64,000 nucleotides of DNA, from positions 704,394-768,393 of the forward strand of contig CBDBIB010000003.1 of NCBI GenBank assembly GCA_965205945.1. Reading direction: 5' to 3'. Below are positions 52,433 through 60,182 of this stretch, in pieces. Source of the stretch: Bdellovibrionales bacterium. GTDB taxonomy: Bacteria; Bdellovibrionota; Bdellovibrionia; Bdellovibrionales; UBA1609. Each line of letters starts with the position of its first letter. The first letter of the stretch is position 1. Position numbers and translations under genes: made by a program. The notes beneath the pieces are model-generated. The model worked only from the letters and a program-made list of their open reading frames with translations, was not told the origin of the DNA and did no database searches.

Positions 52433-52693
52433 TCTGTTAAGTCTATCGCAGAAGACTTAGAGGTTGATTTAAAAACTGCAAAGAGGTGGATAGGTATATT
52501 AGACTTACTTTATTATTGTTTTGAAATTCCATCTTATGGGGCCTCAAAAATTAGAGCTGTTAAAAAGGAGCAAAAACTTTATATGTGGGACTGGAGTCAA
52601 ATCAAGGAGCTTGGGATTCGCTTTGAAAACATGGTGGCTTGTCAGCTCTTAAAATACTGTCAACCAAAGTGGCCCGAAAATGGCTCGAAGTAA
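52433..52693 (+). pseudogene. Fragment of an AAA ATPase/DUF4143-family gene
   Basis: SVKSIAEDLEVDLKTAKRWIGIL..LYYCF...IRAVKKEQKLYMWDWS...RFENMVACQLLK; no proper start, and similarity stops near 52663. Confidence 0.72.
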
Positions 52694-52773
52694 ATCTTAC
52701 TAAAATCAAGAAATTAGATTTAGTTTTACTTTGTTATTTTCTCTAATAATTTTAGTACTTTAGAGCCGATAAA

Positions 52774-52789
52774 TGGTCGGGGAGACAGG
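52774..52789 (-). other. att-like site 1: 3'-end fragment of tRNA-Pro
   Basis: TGGTCGGGGAGACAGG is the reverse complement of CCTGTCTCCCCGACCA (T-stem, acceptor 3' strand, CCA). IHF-consensus AATCAAGAAATTA nearby at 52704-52716. Confidence 0.7.
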
Positions 52790-52829
52790 TCGGATTGTGG
52801 CTTAGACCTAAGTATTTGAAAAAAATTAA

Positions 52830-52931
52830 ATAATTTAACGATAACAACAACTTAAAGTCTTTCTGACTTGGAGTGAATTAGAATAGTTTGGTAGGAATTG
52901 GAGTGTATTCTGGGGGTGGTGTTAGGAAGTT
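52830..52931 (+). repeat. ~100-bp direct repeat, copy 1
   Basis: Aligns without gaps to 56272-56373 with about 9 mismatches. Confidence 0.9.
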
Positions 52932-52968
52932 AGAGCTATTTTTCTCAAATTAAGCTATAAAAATAAAA

Positions 52969-53010
52969 AACTACTTAGTAGTTGATAAAAACTATAAAGT
53001 AGTTGATAAT
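52969..53010 (+). promoter_or_regulatory. Promoter with tandem palindromic operators
   Basis: TTGATA (52982)-N17-GATAAT (53005)-N7-ATG. Boxes AACTAC-tta-GTAGTT (52969) and AACTAT-aaa-GTAGTT (52990), 21 bp apart. Confidence 0.65.
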
Positions 53011-53017
53011 TAAGTAT

Positions 53018-53350
53018 ATGGATTTTTCTGCACTATTCGGATCAGAAGCAGCAAAAAAAACGCTTCTTTATATTCAAAACTATGAAAAAGGTTACGCTGC
53101 TGAGATAGCTAAAACTTTTGAGGTTTCAAATAGTATGATCAAAAAGCAGTTAGAGAAGTTTGAAGGAGCAGGAGTTCTGGTGGCAGTTGAAGTGGGTCGC
53201 AGCAGGGTATTTGAATTCAATCCGAGATATCCCCTTCTATCAGAGCTTAAAGGACTGCTTAGTGGTCTCTTAGAGCTTCAATCAAAAGAAGATATAAAAA
53301 AGTACTTTAGAAAAAGATCAAGGCCTAGGCGAAAAGGAAAACCTCTTTGA
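53018..53350 (+). CDS. Winged-HTH protein, putative antitoxin/regulator
   Basis: LFGS, GYAAEIA, QLEKFE.AGVL, FNPRYP; likely start ATG 53018; overlaps the next gene. Confidence 0.8.
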   Translation: MDFSALFGSEAAKKTLLYIQNYEKGYAAEIAKTFEVSNSMIKKQLEKFEGAGVLVAVEVGRSRVFEFNPRYPLLSELKGLLSGLLELQSKEDIKKYFRKRSRPRRKGKPL

Positions 53351-53892
53351 TTGATAAGAATACAACACTTAAAGAGTTGGCTTTTGTAGTTTCAAGCCAA
53401 TTAGAAAAACATGACGTATCAGCAATTCTTGTAGGAGGTGCTGTGGTTTCAATATATACAGAGAATGAATACCAGTCTTACGATTTAGATTTTTGTTCAG
53501 TGGACTCAGTTAAAAAAATTGATGAAGCTCTTTTTCAAATTGGATTTAAGAAAGAGGGGCGGCGCTATAAACATTCTAATTCTGATTACTTTGTCGAGTT
53601 TCCTGGTGCTGTTGTGGTGCTAGGAAATGAGCATCAGACAGATTATGATCAATTGTCTGTTGATGGCAGAATACTAAAACTCCTTTCTCCCACACAATCT
53701 ATTAAAGACAGATTAGCAGCCTATTACTACTGGAAAGACTTGCAGTCTTTGGATCAGGCCTTGATGATTGCTAAAAATCAAAAATTTAGCATGGCAAGTG
53801 TTAAAAAATGGTCTGTTGCTGAGGGCGAACTTAGCAAGTTTGAAGAGTTTGAGAAAAAGTTTAAGCAGCTTACTTTGGGAAATAGAGATTAA
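53347..53892 (+). CDS. Pol-beta-superfamily nucleotidyltransferase (AbiEii/DUF6036-like), putative toxin
   Basis: LVGGAVVSIY...SYDLDF (GG and DxD motif); translationally coupled to the wHTH gene. Confidence 0.72.
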   Translation: MIDKNTTLKELAFVVSSQLEKHDVSAILVGGAVVSIYTENEYQSYDLDFCSVDSVKKIDEALFQIGFKKEGRRYKHSNSDYFVEFPGAVVVLGNEHQTDYDQLSVDGRILKLLSPTQSIKDRLAAYYYWKDLQSLDQALMIAKNQKFSMASVKKWSVAEGELSKFEEFEKKFKQLTLGNRD

Positions 53893-54059
53893 ACCCTAAT
53901 GAGTTTTATCTTTAGAGAAGTGTGGCACTTTTGTCATTACCAAGGGAAATTGACGTTTTAACTACCAAGGGATTATGTTGGTATCGGTGTGTTAAAAAAA
54001 ATACTTAACTTAACCAGTAATCTATGCAGCCTTTAAATTACCTTTTCTGGGCCCATCCT

Positions 54060-54383
54060 TTTCCTTGGTAGAATTCCCCTTAGTATTTAGGACCAATACC
54101 CCTGTGAAGCTTATAGACCGTATGGAAACCGAGTATTTGGGAAGAGTATCTTGAGCGTCTAGAGAGACATCAAGAAGAACTGACACTTAAACCTAGTACA
54201 CTTGAAGGGGCCATGGAAAAACTTGATCTAAAAGATCTAGCAAAAGGCATTTTTGGTCATGCCGAAAAAGATAATCTTGATTGTTTTAAACCATTTGTTG
54301 CTCGTGCTGTAAGAAAGTTAACTCAAAGACAGTATCTCGTCCTTAAAAAAATATATTGGTATCAGTGCACACTTTCTCAAAAT
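54060..54383 (+). pseudogene. Disrupted sigma70 region-4-like HTH gene
   Basis: WEEYLERLE...KLTQRQYLVLKKIYWYQCTLSQ; in-frame stops upstream; cut by the IS at 54384. Start approximate. Confidence 0.5.
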
Positions 54384-54452
54384 TGGGCCTCCCCAAAAAT
54401 ACTGGACAGTTTTCTAAGTGCGAACTAAACCTAAAAGGAGAGGTAAAAAGGC

Positions 54453-54793
54453 ATGGAGAAGAAGAAAGAGGCTACAGAGTCTAAAAAAAAGTACAATACT
54501 TTTTCAGAAGAATTTAAAGAAGAAGCTGTTGAATTGGCAAAGAGAGTTGGAAACAGCCAGGCATCAAGAGATCTAGGAACTACTGAAACCAGCATTAGAA
54601 ATTGGAGAAAAAAGCTAAATCTAAAACTCCTGAAAGCTTATTAAAAGAGGAAAATAAGAAGTCATATAGAGAGCTTGAGAAAGAAAATAAGCGTTTAAAA
54701 AAAGAGCTTGGCTGGATGCAAGAAATTAATACAGTGTTAAAAAAAAGCACAGCGATTTTCTCCTCAGATCAGATCAAAAAGTCAAAATCATGA
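54453..54793 (+). CDS. IS3 OrfA, split by a frameshift at A6G (54608-54614)
   Basis: HTH half (FSEEFKEEAV..SIRNWRKK) and zipper half (ELEKENKRLKKEL..LKKS) lie in different frames. Confidence 0.75.
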
Positions 54794-55656
54794 AAGAGCT
54801 AAGTTTAACAATTCCCGTCTATTTTTTATGCATTTTTTTTGGAGTAAGTAAGAGTACTTTTTATTATTTAAATAATAAAAAAAGCTCAAAGTCGTTTCAA
54901 AGGAAAACAAAAATAAAGGAAAGAATTAAGAGCATTTTTGAATCATCGTATAAAACTTATGGTTCACCACGTATTTATGAGGAGTTAAAAGATAAAGAGA
55001 TTTTCGTGAGTGAGAATACAGTTGCAAAATACATGAAGGAGTTGGGCTTAGATGCCCGTCATAAGAAGACTTTTAAAGTTTTAACGACTGACTCCAATCA
55101 TAAGTTTAAAGTGGTACCAAGGCTTTTTAAAGTTGAAGAAGAGCACTCCTTACCAACAGGGCCAGGAAGAGTTTTAGCAGGAGATATCACTTATTTAAGA
55201 TTAGGAACAGGCAGGAATTTTTTATACTTAGCCGTAGTAATTGATTTATTTAACCGTGAAGTTGTTGGTTGGAGTATAGGTAAAAGCTTAGAGACAAGAT
55301 TGGTGTTAAAAGCACTTGAAATGGCCATAAAAAAAGTTGGCCCAAGTGCTGAAGTGATTTTTCATTCAGATCGTGGGTCTCAATACGCTAGTGATGCTTA
55401 TAGACAGTTTTTAAAAAACAAAAAGATAAGACCAAGTATGAGTAGAAAAGGAAATTGCTATGATAATGCATATACTGAAAGTTGGTTTTCAAGTTTTAAA
55501 AAAGAATTTTTATATAGAAAAAGCTATACTGGAGAAAGAGAATTAAGATCGTTAGTATTTGAATATATTGAAGTTTGGTATAACAAGAAAAGAAGGCATT
55601 CTTCTCTTGATTATCAAAGCCCTAAAGGGTATGCAATTAAACACAACCTCGCATAG
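54790..55656 (+). CDS. IS3-family transposase OrfB
   Basis: YGSPRI, GDITY, FHSDRGSQY, SMSRKGNCYDNA.TESWF, RRHSSLDYQSP. Confidence 0.95.
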   Translation: MKELSLTIPVYFLCIFFGVSKSTFYYLNNKKSSKSFQRKTKIKERIKSIFESSYKTYGSPRIYEELKDKEIFVSENTVAKYMKELGLDARHKKTFKVLTTDSNHKFKVVPRLFKVEEEHSLPTGPGRVLAGDITYLRLGTGRNFLYLAVVIDLFNREVVGWSIGKSLETRLVLKALEMAIKKVGPSAEVIFHSDRGSQYASDAYRQFLKNKKIRPSMSRKGNCYDNAYTESWFSSFKKEFLYRKSYTGERELRSLVFEYIEVWYNKKRRHSSLDYQSPKGYAIKHNLA

Positions 55657-55689
55657 GAAAAAGTGTCCTATTTCTTTGGGGAAGTCCAA

Positions 55690-56244
55690 ATTGAGGAACT
55701 CAAACAGGTTGAGGTAAGGTTTAGTGACTCCATCCGCTCTCTTGCATTACAAGGTACGGATAGCCTCGAAACGGCCATTGCGCTTCTGGTTGAAGACAAA
55801 AAGAAGGCCAACAAAGAAATAAATGAGCTGAACGATGAGTTGAATAAAATCATTGAAAAAGAAAAATCACACAAACGAGGTTACGAAGGTCACGATTTAA
55901 AACGCTTTTTAAGCATGGCCTTTAGAGACTTTGATAAAATGTATGACATAGAGAAAAAAACGCTACTACAGGCCGTTTTTTCTCAAATCCTAGTACACAC
56001 AACTGATGATGGTGTCGATCTTGAGATCGTGACCTCATTAGATCCCTTCCAATCACCTGCCCCTGCCTCTAGCACTAGGGGCAAGGGTGAAGGTTTCGCA
56101 AAAATACTTAAATTCCCTTCTATTAAAAATCAAAAAACAGAAATAAAAAAAGGCCATTTTCTATCATCCAAACCCGTTCGGGGTGTGGAGGGCACAAAGT
56201 GGCCTTTTGTCGTAAATGATCGGGGAGACAGGTGGCACTTTTGA
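55690..56244 (+). pseudogene. C-terminal remnant of a large serine recombinase/integrase reading into att-like site 2
   Basis: Coiled coil, then EKKTLLQAVFSQILV...LEI; the last codons NDRGDR are encoded by the tRNA fragment; no catalytic domain. Confidence 0.55.
56217..56232 (-). other. att-like site 2: 3'-end fragment of tRNA-Pro
   Basis: TGATCGGGGAGACAGG, one mismatch to site 1. Confidence 0.68.
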
Positions 56245-56271
56245 AATTCCACAAGCACCCGAAAACACTAT

Positions 56272-56373
56272 ATAATTTAACAATAACAACAACTTAAAGT
56301 CTTTCTGACTTGGAACGAATTGGAATATTTTGGTAGGAATTAGAGTGTATTCTGGGCTTGGTGTTAGGAAATT
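56272..56373 (+). repeat. ~100-bp direct repeat, copy 2
   Basis: Matches 52830-52931; similar offset (~40 bp) from its att-like site. Confidence 0.9.
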
Positions 56374-56407
56374 TGGGATCAATTGATGAGTGAAGGGCCT
56401 CTTTTGG

Positions 56408-56436
56408 TTGCAATTCCCTTAATATAGGTTTATATT
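56408..56436 (+). promoter_or_regulatory. Sigma70 promoter, probably leaderless
   Basis: TTGCAA-N17-TATATT-N7-ATG (56444); no Shine-Dalgarno. Confidence 0.6.
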
Positions 56437-56443
56437 TACCAAT

Positions 56444-56743
56444 ATGAAGAAAGCCTCACTCATTTTTACAGAAAAATATCTTGTAGGAAGTGATGTTGTT
56501 GTGGAGATCAAGGTTTGGCAGTTGCCTAAATCTGATTGGAAGAGGTATCCAGATAAGATCAAATACCGCTTGGTGTGTATCAACACCAGGACTGGTAAAA
56601 GGGTCTTGATGGACAACCACTCTCCTAAAGGACACCACGTTCACTTAGATGATGTGGAAAAAGACTATGAGTTCTGCACGGTGGAAGCACTCTTCAGTGA
56701 TTTTAAAAAATTTGTTCTAAACTATATGGAGGTGAAATTATGA
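56444..56743 (+). CDS. DUF6516/TumE-like putative toxin
   Basis: YPDKIKYRL...RVLMDNHSPKGHHVH motif pattern. Confidence 0.75.
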   Translation: MKKASLIFTEKYLVGSDVVVEIKVWQLPKSDWKRYPDKIKYRLVCINTRTGKRVLMDNHSPKGHHVHLDDVEKDYEFCTVEALFSDFKKFVLNYMEVKL

Positions 56744-57108
56744 AAACACTCACTATCGCTTTAAAAACCAGTGATGATCTTTTTGATGACGCTATTCAGT
56801 CCATGAAAGAAGCTATGAAAAAAGAAGTTAAAAAAGCGCCTCAATATATGATCACATTCACAAGCCCAAAGGAATTTGATAAGTTTTTAAAACACATCAA
56901 ACTTATTCGAGTGATTAAATATCTTAAACCAGAATCTGTTTACGAACTGGCTAAGGTGATGAAAGTAGATGTCTCAAACCTTAATAAGTCCATTCAGTTT
57001 CTAGAAGACTTTGAGGTCATCACGGTTAAAACAACTAAAAAGAATGGCAGGACTCTTAAAAAACCTATTTTTGAATTTGATGACATTCGGATTAAGATGG
57101 CGGCTTAA
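56740..57108 (+). CDS. HTH putative antitoxin (HVO_A0114-like)
   Basis: PESVYELAKVM..DVSNL...LE, RTLKKP..FDDIRI; GGAGG RBS and ATGA overlap. Confidence 0.75.
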   Translation: MKTLTIALKTSDDLFDDAIQSMKEAMKKEVKKAPQYMITFTSPKEFDKFLKHIKLIRVIKYLKPESVYELAKVMKVDVSNLNKSIQFLEDFEVITVKTTKKNGRTLKKPIFEFDDIRIKMAA

Positions 57109-57152
57109 GCTGTTATCTTTATGGCTTAAAGAAAAACGAAAGGGGTTAGTGG

Positions 57153-57162
57153 ATGGCTAAAG
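57153..57162 (+). pseudogene. Original 5' end (ATG GCT AAA G) of the radical SAM gene, separated by the IS
   Basis: AGGGG RBS at 57141-57145. Joining 57162 to 58865 gives in-frame MAKAPLTDK-MILASEK. Confidence 0.75.
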
Positions 57163-57276
57163 CCCCCGATTTTTGGATAGTTGGGACCTGAGAGAAAAAT
57201 TAATTATTTAAAATTCAGTTTAACTTTTGAAATCCACTTTATTTAAACAATATCAGGGGCTTAAAAAGGAAAACAT

Positions 57277-57777
57277 ATGAAAAACAATAACCTCAATAAA
57301 ACTTATAATGAAAACTTTAAACTCAACGCTGTGAAAAAATTACTCGCTGACAAAAAAGGACTCACTTACACCGCTAGTAAACTTAACATTGCCTCTTCAA
57401 CCCTCTATGGATGGAAGAAAAAATATGCTAATTTAAATTCTATGACCCACAGCAACAGCAATAAAAAACTCTCTCTTGAAGACAAACTTAACTTTATTAA
57501 AAAAACTCAATCTTTAAATGAAAACGAACTTGGAAAATTTCTTAGAGAAAATGGACTTAACTCTTCAGACCTTATTAATTTTGAAAAAGAATTACTTGGA
57601 CAAAATCCTGTTGGAAGACCTTCACTTGATCCTGAAATTAAAACTTTAAGGAAAGATAAAATAAACTTAGAAAGATCTTTAAATCGAGCTGAAAAAGCTC
57701 TAGCTGAACAGTCTGCTAGAATCATCTTGTTAAAAAAAAGCCACGAGATCTGGGGGGTCAAAGAGGACGAAGATTAA
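57277..57777 (+). CDS. IS3-family transposase OrfA
   Basis: Translation identical to 40167-40667. Confidence 0.9.
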   Translation: MKNNNLNKTYNENFKLNAVKKLLADKKGLTYTASKLNIASSTLYGWKKKYANLNSMTHSNSNKKLSLEDKLNFIKKTQSLNENELGKFLRENGLNSSDLINFEKELLGQNPVGRPSLDPEIKTLRKDKINLERSLNRAEKALAEQSARIILLKKSHEIWGVKEDED

Positions 57778-58817
57778 GTCCTGATGACAAAGAAGTTTGT
57801 CTTGAATTAATTAACACCTCTTCTAAAAATGGCTGTAGACTTAAACTTGCCTGCAGCGATTTAGAAATTGATATTAAAACTTTCAACCGCTGGAAACTTT
57901 CTTTAACTGATAAAAGAAAAGGACCCTTATCGCCTCCAAAAAATAAATTAAGTGATAAAGAAAAAGATGAGATCATTAACACCTGTACTTTAAAAAAGTA
58001 TGTTGATGACTCTCCTCATGTGATAGTTTCAAAACTTGCAGATGATGGAGTTTATTTAGCAAGTGAATCAAGTTTTTATAAAGTTTTAAAAGAGAATAAA
58101 CTTTTAGTTCATAGAGGAAGAACAAAACCAAAAACTAAACAAAAGCCAAAAGGAATGACTGCAACGGAAGTGAATCAAGTTTATTCTTGGGATATTACTT
58201 ATTTAAAAACTTTGGTGCGGGGTCGGTTTTATTATTTATATATGTTTATGGATGTGTTTAGTAGAAAGATTGTAGGTTATAAAGTACACGTTAGAGAAAG
58301 TATGGATTTATCATCAGAGTTAATTAAAGAGATTTGTGAGAGAGAAAAAATAAAAAGAGATGAGCTAGTATTACATTCAGATAATGGCGGCTCAATGAAG
58401 GGAGCAACGATGCTAGCAACACTTGATTGGTTGGGAGTTTCAAGTTCATTTAGTAGGCCGAGTGTAAGTAATGACAATGCCTATTCAGAAAGTTTATTTA
58501 AGACGTTAAAGTATGTGCCGGATTATCCAGAGTTTTTTAAAAGCATAGGTGATGCAAGAGACTGGGTTGATAATTTTGTTAATTGGTACAATGAAGAGCA
58601 TCGTCACAGTGGAATAAAGTTTGTGACGCCATCAGAGCGCCATTTAGGAAAAGATAAAGAGATATTAGAAAAGCGTAAGGAAGTTTATGAAGCAGCAAGA
58701 AGGTTAAAGCCAGAGCGCTGGAGTAGCAGAGGAATTAGGAATTGGGAGCGAGAGAATGTGGTGTATTTAAATTGTTTGCCAAGTGAAAAAGTAGTTGTTA
58801 TGAAGAATGTGGTTTAA
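57732..58817 (+). CDS. IS3-family transposase OrfB (DDE), reached by -1 frameshift
   Basis: The -1 frame is open from the slippery run through SWDITY, HSDNG and SESLF. Confidence 0.9.
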   Translation, partial: KKKPRDLGGQRGRRLSPDDKEVCLELINTSSKNGCRLKLACSDLEIDIKTFNRWKLSLTDKRKGPLSPPKNKLSDKEKDEIINTCTLKKYVDDSPHVIVSKLADDGVYLASESSFYKVLKENKLLVHRGRTKPKTKQKPKGMTATEVNQVYSWDITYLKTLVRGRFYYLYMFMDVFSRKIVGYKVHVRESMDLSSELIKEICEREKIKRDELVLHSDNGGSMKGATMLATLDWLGVSSSFSRPSVSNDNAYSESLFKTLKYVPDYPEFFKSIGDARDWVDNFVNWYNEEHRHSGIKFVTPSERHLGKDKEILEKRKEVYEAARRLKPERWSSRGIRNWERENVVYLNCLPSEKVVVMKNVV

Positions 58818-58881
58818 CTGAATTAAATTTCCCTTCAGGTCCCAACTATCCAAAAATTTTCCGACCCCACTTACAGACAAA

Positions 58882-60177
58882 ATGATTTTGGCTTCTGAAA
58901 AAATTGATTCGAATTCAGCTTATAAGTCTCAACTGGACTGGGGGCCTTTTAAAAAAGCTGAGCTTCGAGCTCAGAAAAAGCCTATTCGTGGAGGTTTTAC
59001 TTTTGGTTCACCTTTCAAACTTGTGAACTCGCATTCTACTTGTCAGCAGTGTCTCTACTCTTTTGAGGTAGACACCTATGGTCGTGGTTGCGTTCATAAT
59101 TGTGTTTATTGCTATGCAAAGGCTGAGCTTACAGTTCATGGTTACTGGAACAATCCATATCCAGCTCCTGTAAACATCAATGAAATTAGAAAAGTATTTC
59201 ACACTGTTTTTGAAACAGATAGAAAATCTAAGTTTCGTGAAGTGATGGAAAAAAGAATCCCTATTCGTATTGGGTCTATGAGTGACTCGCTCATGCATAT
59301 GGACAGCAAATATGGTGTTACAAAAGAACTCTTAAGAATTTTAAAGCATTATAAATACCCATATGTGATTTTCACTAGGTCAGACTTGGTGGCCCAAGAT
59401 GACTATATGGAGCTTATTGAGCCAAACCTGGCCTCTGTTCAGTTTTCCATATCGTCAACAAACGATAAACTGAACAAACTCATTGAGCCAGGTGCGCCCA
59501 GTGCCAAGCGTAGGTTATCAGCTCTTACGAAACTCAACAAAGCAGGGTTTTGGACCACAGTAAGGATCAACCCGCTTTTCCCAATTATGCCTGATGGTTA
59601 CTTTACTGATCCAAATTTTGAATGGTGGGGTGAGGGTGAAGTTCCAAAATTTGATTACTCTTCATTCGATATGGTTGATGAAATTGCTGCAACAGGCACC
59701 CCCTCAATTTTAGCTGGCTTTGGTAGATTTAGTTCATTCTCACTAAATCAAATCGAAAAGGCTGTAGATTTTGATCTTCGTCAGTTCTACAACCCTGGCG
59801 AGGGTGGAGTCAAAAAATCAAAACGTGATTTTCACTTTTCAGACAAAGAGATTCGGTACTACTACGAACAGATTAAAGAGCGTTGCTATAAAAACGCCAT
59901 GGAATTTACAACATGCTATATTGGTAATGGTGAAGAGCACTTTTGGAAAGATCAGGATTTATGGTCTAACAAAAAAGACTGCTGTAATGTGAAGGGCCGG
60001 GTTGAAGCTTTTAAAACCGACTCTCGTGAAATACCTTTTGAAACAAGGTTGAGGTTCACAAATCATAAAAAAGCAGAGCCTATCAACGCCGAAACTCTGC
60101 ACAAACCTCTAGGTGGTCTTGAAACTATTGATCTGCCTAAAAAAGAAAAATCTAAGTCGCCAGAGGCTACACTTTAG
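58882..60177 (+). CDS. Radical SAM protein, spore-photoproduct-lyase-like, with extra Cys motifs
   Basis: DTYGRGCVHNCVYCYA (CxxxCxxC), IGSMSD, IFTRS, IEPGAPS..RRL.AL, VRINPLFP; extra CQQC and C-terminal TTCY...DCC. Confidence 0.88.
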   Translation: MILASEKIDSNSAYKSQLDWGPFKKAELRAQKKPIRGGFTFGSPFKLVNSHSTCQQCLYSFEVDTYGRGCVHNCVYCYAKAELTVHGYWNNPYPAPVNINEIRKVFHTVFETDRKSKFREVMEKRIPIRIGSMSDSLMHMDSKYGVTKELLRILKHYKYPYVIFTRSDLVAQDDYMELIEPNLASVQFSISSTNDKLNKLIEPGAPSAKRRLSALTKLNKAGFWTTVRINPLFPIMPDGYFTDPNFEWWGEGEVPKFDYSSFDMVDEIAATGTPSILAGFGRFSSFSLNQIEKAVDFDLRQFYNPGEGGVKKSKRDFHFSDKEIRYYYEQIKERCYKNAMEFTTCYIGNGEEHFWKDQDLWSNKKDCCNVKGRVEAFKTDSREIPFETRLRFTNHKKAEPINAETLHKPLGGLETIDLPKKEKSKSPEATL

Positions 60178-60182
60178 TTGTT

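Larger units (their letters stand above)
54384..55688 (+). mobile_element. IS3-family insertion sequence (1305 bp)
   Basis: TG...CA ends; imperfect 25-bp IRs (TGGGCCTCCCCAAAAATACTGGACA / TGGACTTCCCCAAAGAAATAGGACA); AAT direct repeat at 54381-54383 and 55689-55691. Confidence 0.93.
57163..58864 (+). mobile_element. IS3-family insertion sequence, copy 2 (1702 bp)
   Basis: Perfect 23-bp IRs at 57169-57191 and 58835-58857; orfA/orfB with A8G at 57732-57740. Confidence 0.93.

Noticed and set aside
52774..52789. Complete tRNA gene
   Set aside because: Only the 3' 16 nt are present; T-loop, anticodon arm and D-arm are absent at both sites.
39080..58864. Composite transposon formed by the two inverted IS copies
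   Set aside because: The outer flanks (ATT versus CCC) do not match. Copy 1 has its own duplication and copy 2's empty site rebuilds one gene, so these are independent insertions; they remain a possible inversion substrate.
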